From Candidatus Nanohalobium sp. (GTDB lineage Archaea; Nanohalarchaeota; Nanosalinia; Nanosalinales; Nanosalinaceae): a stretch of 36,038 bases of DNA. The notes beneath the pieces were generated by a model. The model was given only the letters and a program-made list of their open reading frames with translations, made no database searches and had not been told where the DNA came from. Positions 33,793 through 36,038 of the stretch are shown here, piece by piece. Made by a program: the position numbers and the translations under genes. The stretch lies in the NCBI GenBank assembly GCA_042216335.1, contig JBDGTY010000023.1:8390-44427 (forward strand). Direction: 5' to 3'. The stretch's first letter is position 1. Each line of letters begins with the position of its first letter.

Positions 33793-34731
33793 TTATATAT
33801 AGCCCATATCCTGCAGTTCTTTCTTGGCTGCGGCTTTCTCCGCGTCTATACCGCCTTCTCCGTACTCTTCCGCTCCTCCAGCGTCTGCTTTTGATGTACA
33901 GCATTTTGAGTCGGTATGCCTGTAACCCCGGTTGTAGAGCTCAGGATACGAGACGGATTCAGCCTTGATGTATGCCCAGACGTTGGCTTCCTCCCAGTTT
34001 TTCAATGGGTTGACTCTCGTGTACTGGACAGGTTCTGTTTTCTCCTCAAATATCTCCGGTTCTGAGTCCTGCTGTGCAATCATGTCGGTTCCACGGATGC
34101 CCGTGATCATAACATCGAAGCCGTGTTCCTCAACGAAGTTCTTCAAAGGCTCTACCTTCAGGGCACCGCAGGATTCCGGAACGCCCCATTCCTCGGGGGA
34201 CATGTTCTGTCGCTGCACAGGCTCAAGTTTTGTCCTACCACAGTCATCGCAGACTATCTCCGTGTTATCTCTCTCGGCAGTTCTGCCACATTCGGGGCAG
34301 CTCCATTCACCGGAGTGTTTTCCATGATAACCTCTCGGATCATTTTCGTTTCTGATTATCTTTTCAAGAAAGTCTTCATGTTTTTCCACAATAACTTCAT
34401 TTCCTATGCCATGGAATGGGCCTACCGTATCAGCTCCCTGATCGCCGGCCGCCGCAAGGAACTCTTCACGGAACTCGTACATCTCCTCGAACTGGTTGCC
34501 CGTATCGATGATTCCAAAGGGAACAGGGGATACACCTTTCTCCTCCCCTATCTCGTAGAGAAGCAGGTCTGCGATGACCTGGGCCTCCTTGCCACCAGTC
34601 CAGAGAAATATAACATCTTCGTCCCGTTTTACAGCTTCCTGAAGCGCCGAAACCGCTTCACCAATCTTCTCCGTCTGCGAACCTTTAAGCGGCTTTGCGT
34701 TCCTCCAGTTGGTTCTTCCGTTCCAGGTCAT
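33793..34731 (-). CDS. PAPS-reductase/CysD-family PP-loop protein with inserted zinc ribbon
   Basis: LWTGGKEA, IDTGNQFEEM, CGALKVEPL, ITGIR, RVNPLKNW, LYNRGYR and C-terminal ELQDMGYI. CPECG...CDDCG insert. Confidence 0.85.
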   Translation of the reverse strand: MTWNGRTNWRNAKPLKGSQTEKIGEAVSALQEAVKRDEDVIFLWTGGKEAQVIADLLLYEIGEEKGVSPVPFGIIDTGNQFEEMYEFREEFLAAAGDQGADTVGPFHGIGNEVIVEKHEDFLEKIIRNENDPRGYHGKHSGEWSCPECGRTAERDNTEIVCDDCGRTKLEPVQRQNMSPEEWGVPESCGALKVEPLKNFVEEHGFDVMITGIRGTDMIAQQDSEPEIFEEKTEPVQYTRVNPLKNWEEANVWAYIKAESVSYPELYNRGYRHTDSKCCTSKADAGGAEEYGEGGIDAEKAAAKKELQDMGYI

Positions 34732-36038
34732 TCGTCTTCCACCTCAAGCTTTTCCTTTACAAGTTCTATCTCTTTATCCGTCCAGCTCTTCACCTGCTGT
34801 TGCTGGAGCGGCGACTCAGTCACTTCAAGCCCTATAAAGTCAGTGATTATATCGTACATGTCCTCCGGTTTAATAGTATCCTTATCTGGAATGTTCAGCT
34901 CTTTCGTGGCTCCGAAGCATGCAGTTCTATCGTGCACACCGGTCCTGTAGTATCCCATACCGATCGGATTTTCGTGAAGATTACCGGAGACAAAAACCCC
35001 CTTTTTTCTATCCGGGATGATGTCCGGAACGGAGTCGTAGAAGTCGGCTTCCTCATCGTATAGTTCCCATTTGTACTTCACCGAACGGTACATACCCGTG
35101 GACATCAACTCCTCCCTGAACTTCTGCTCGTCGAATTCCTCTCTGTCACAGAGTAGAGTCAGACACGAGTCAAAAGGATCAGCGCATACGACCTTCGAGC
35201 TACTCTCATCGATCTTTACTCCGGGCTGCCCGAAAGTCACCTGGTTCTCCACTCTTTCATCAACAGGATGCTGCTCGCCCTGGCCCTGGTACTCTGTAAG
35301 ATCATCAATGAAATCATAGTCAACCTTGTACTCAAGCCAGCCGTTATCCTTCAACCACCTGTTAACCCTGAAAGTATCGGTAAGCTCGGTCTGGCCGTGA
35401 TCCGAGAAAAACATCAGATCGCCGTCGATCTGCTTGGAAATCCTTCTGCAAAGCCTTGCAACCTCAGATATCAGGTGCTGCCTGTACGTTTTCCCTTCCC
35501 TCGTCTCAGTATGCATGAAATGGCAATAACTATCGATTAGGCGGTATCCAAGGAAAGCAACATCAGGATCGACATGCCTTATAGCCTCCTTGAACTTGTT
35601 GAACTGCTGGATAGTCTGGTCATGGAACGAGGCATAGACACGGTCGGGATGGCTCTTGATCATATCGGCCTGAGGAGCAGGAACCTCAACCAGGTTAGAC
35701 ACCTCCTCAGGAACGGTCTGCTGCGCGCCCTGCAAAGCATCCCCGTTCAGCACCGACTCCTCATTAGCGGACTGGAAAGGAATACAGAAAGGCATACTCA
35801 TCGTCAAGACACTCATATCCTCTCTCACCGCCTGATCAATAAAGGTCGACTTCCTCGGCCGGGTAGTATCCTCGCCACCGTACTTTGAGACCTCCATCAT
35901 ACCGTTCTCCGCAGGGTTCAACCCAGTGTAGATACTGGACATCACTCTAGGTGTTACACGCGGAACATCCGCATCCATCTCACCCTGATGCACCTCATCC
36001 AGAAAACCCTCAAGCTCTCTAGGTGAGAGCGCATCAAG
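34728..36038 (-). CDS. Alkaline-phosphatase-superfamily nucleotide pyrophosphatase/phosphodiesterase (5'-truncated by window edge)
   Basis: Frame is open to the window end (LDALSP...). Motifs VTP-x-x-x-SIYTG-x-NP, D-x-x-x-H, FSDHG and GVH. Confidence 0.85.
   Translation of the reverse strand, partial: LDALSPRELEGFLDEVHQGEMDADVPRVTPRVMSSIYTGLNPAENGMMEVSKYGGEDTTRPRKSTFIDQAVREDMSVLTMSMPFCIPFQSANEESVLNGDALQGAQQTVPEEVSNLVEVPAPQADMIKSHPDRVYASFHDQTIQQFNKFKEAIRHVDPDVAFLGYRLIDSYCHFMHTETREGKTYRQHLISEVARLCRRISKQIDGDLMFFSDHGQTELTDTFRVNRWLKDNGWLEYKVDYDFIDDLTEYQGQGEQHPVDERVENQVTFGQPGVKIDESSSKVVCADPFDSCLTLLCDREEFDEQKFREELMSTGMYRSVKYKWELYDEEADFYDSVPDIIPDRKKGVFVSGNLHENPIGMGYYRTGVHDRTACFGATKELNIPDKDTIKPEDMYDIITDFIGLEVTESPLQQQQVKSWTDKEIELVKEKLEVEDE

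Overview
Gene-dense archaeal chromosomal segment with strongly acidic proteins, very short intergenic spaces and many apparently leaderless genes. This fits a DPANN nanohaloarchaeon (inference from composition and gene content). Most genes are informational: CCA-adding enzyme, adenylate kinase, Elp3, DNA ligase, L15e-Rpp30-Pop5, TBP, MCM with a 515-aa LAGLIDADG+HTH intein, RPA2-like protein, aIF2-beta, endonuclease III, VLRF1, SSB, DRG GTPase, S8e, Lsm-L37e and riboflavin kinase. They are interleaved with small ORFans, two Nudix genes, one intact and two decayed PIN-type toxin-antitoxin modules, an AsnB-Dph6 fusion, and a CysD/CysH-like plus AlkP-superfamily pair at the right edge. The most unusual locus is lsm-rpl37e-(candidate second Sm-fold protein)-tRNA-Lys(UUU). 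The tRNA carries a 156-nt intron built from stacked hairpins, and one hairpin module (GAGGC-loop-GCCGA) recurs in the tRNA leader. No CRISPR array, rRNA or transposase was seen.
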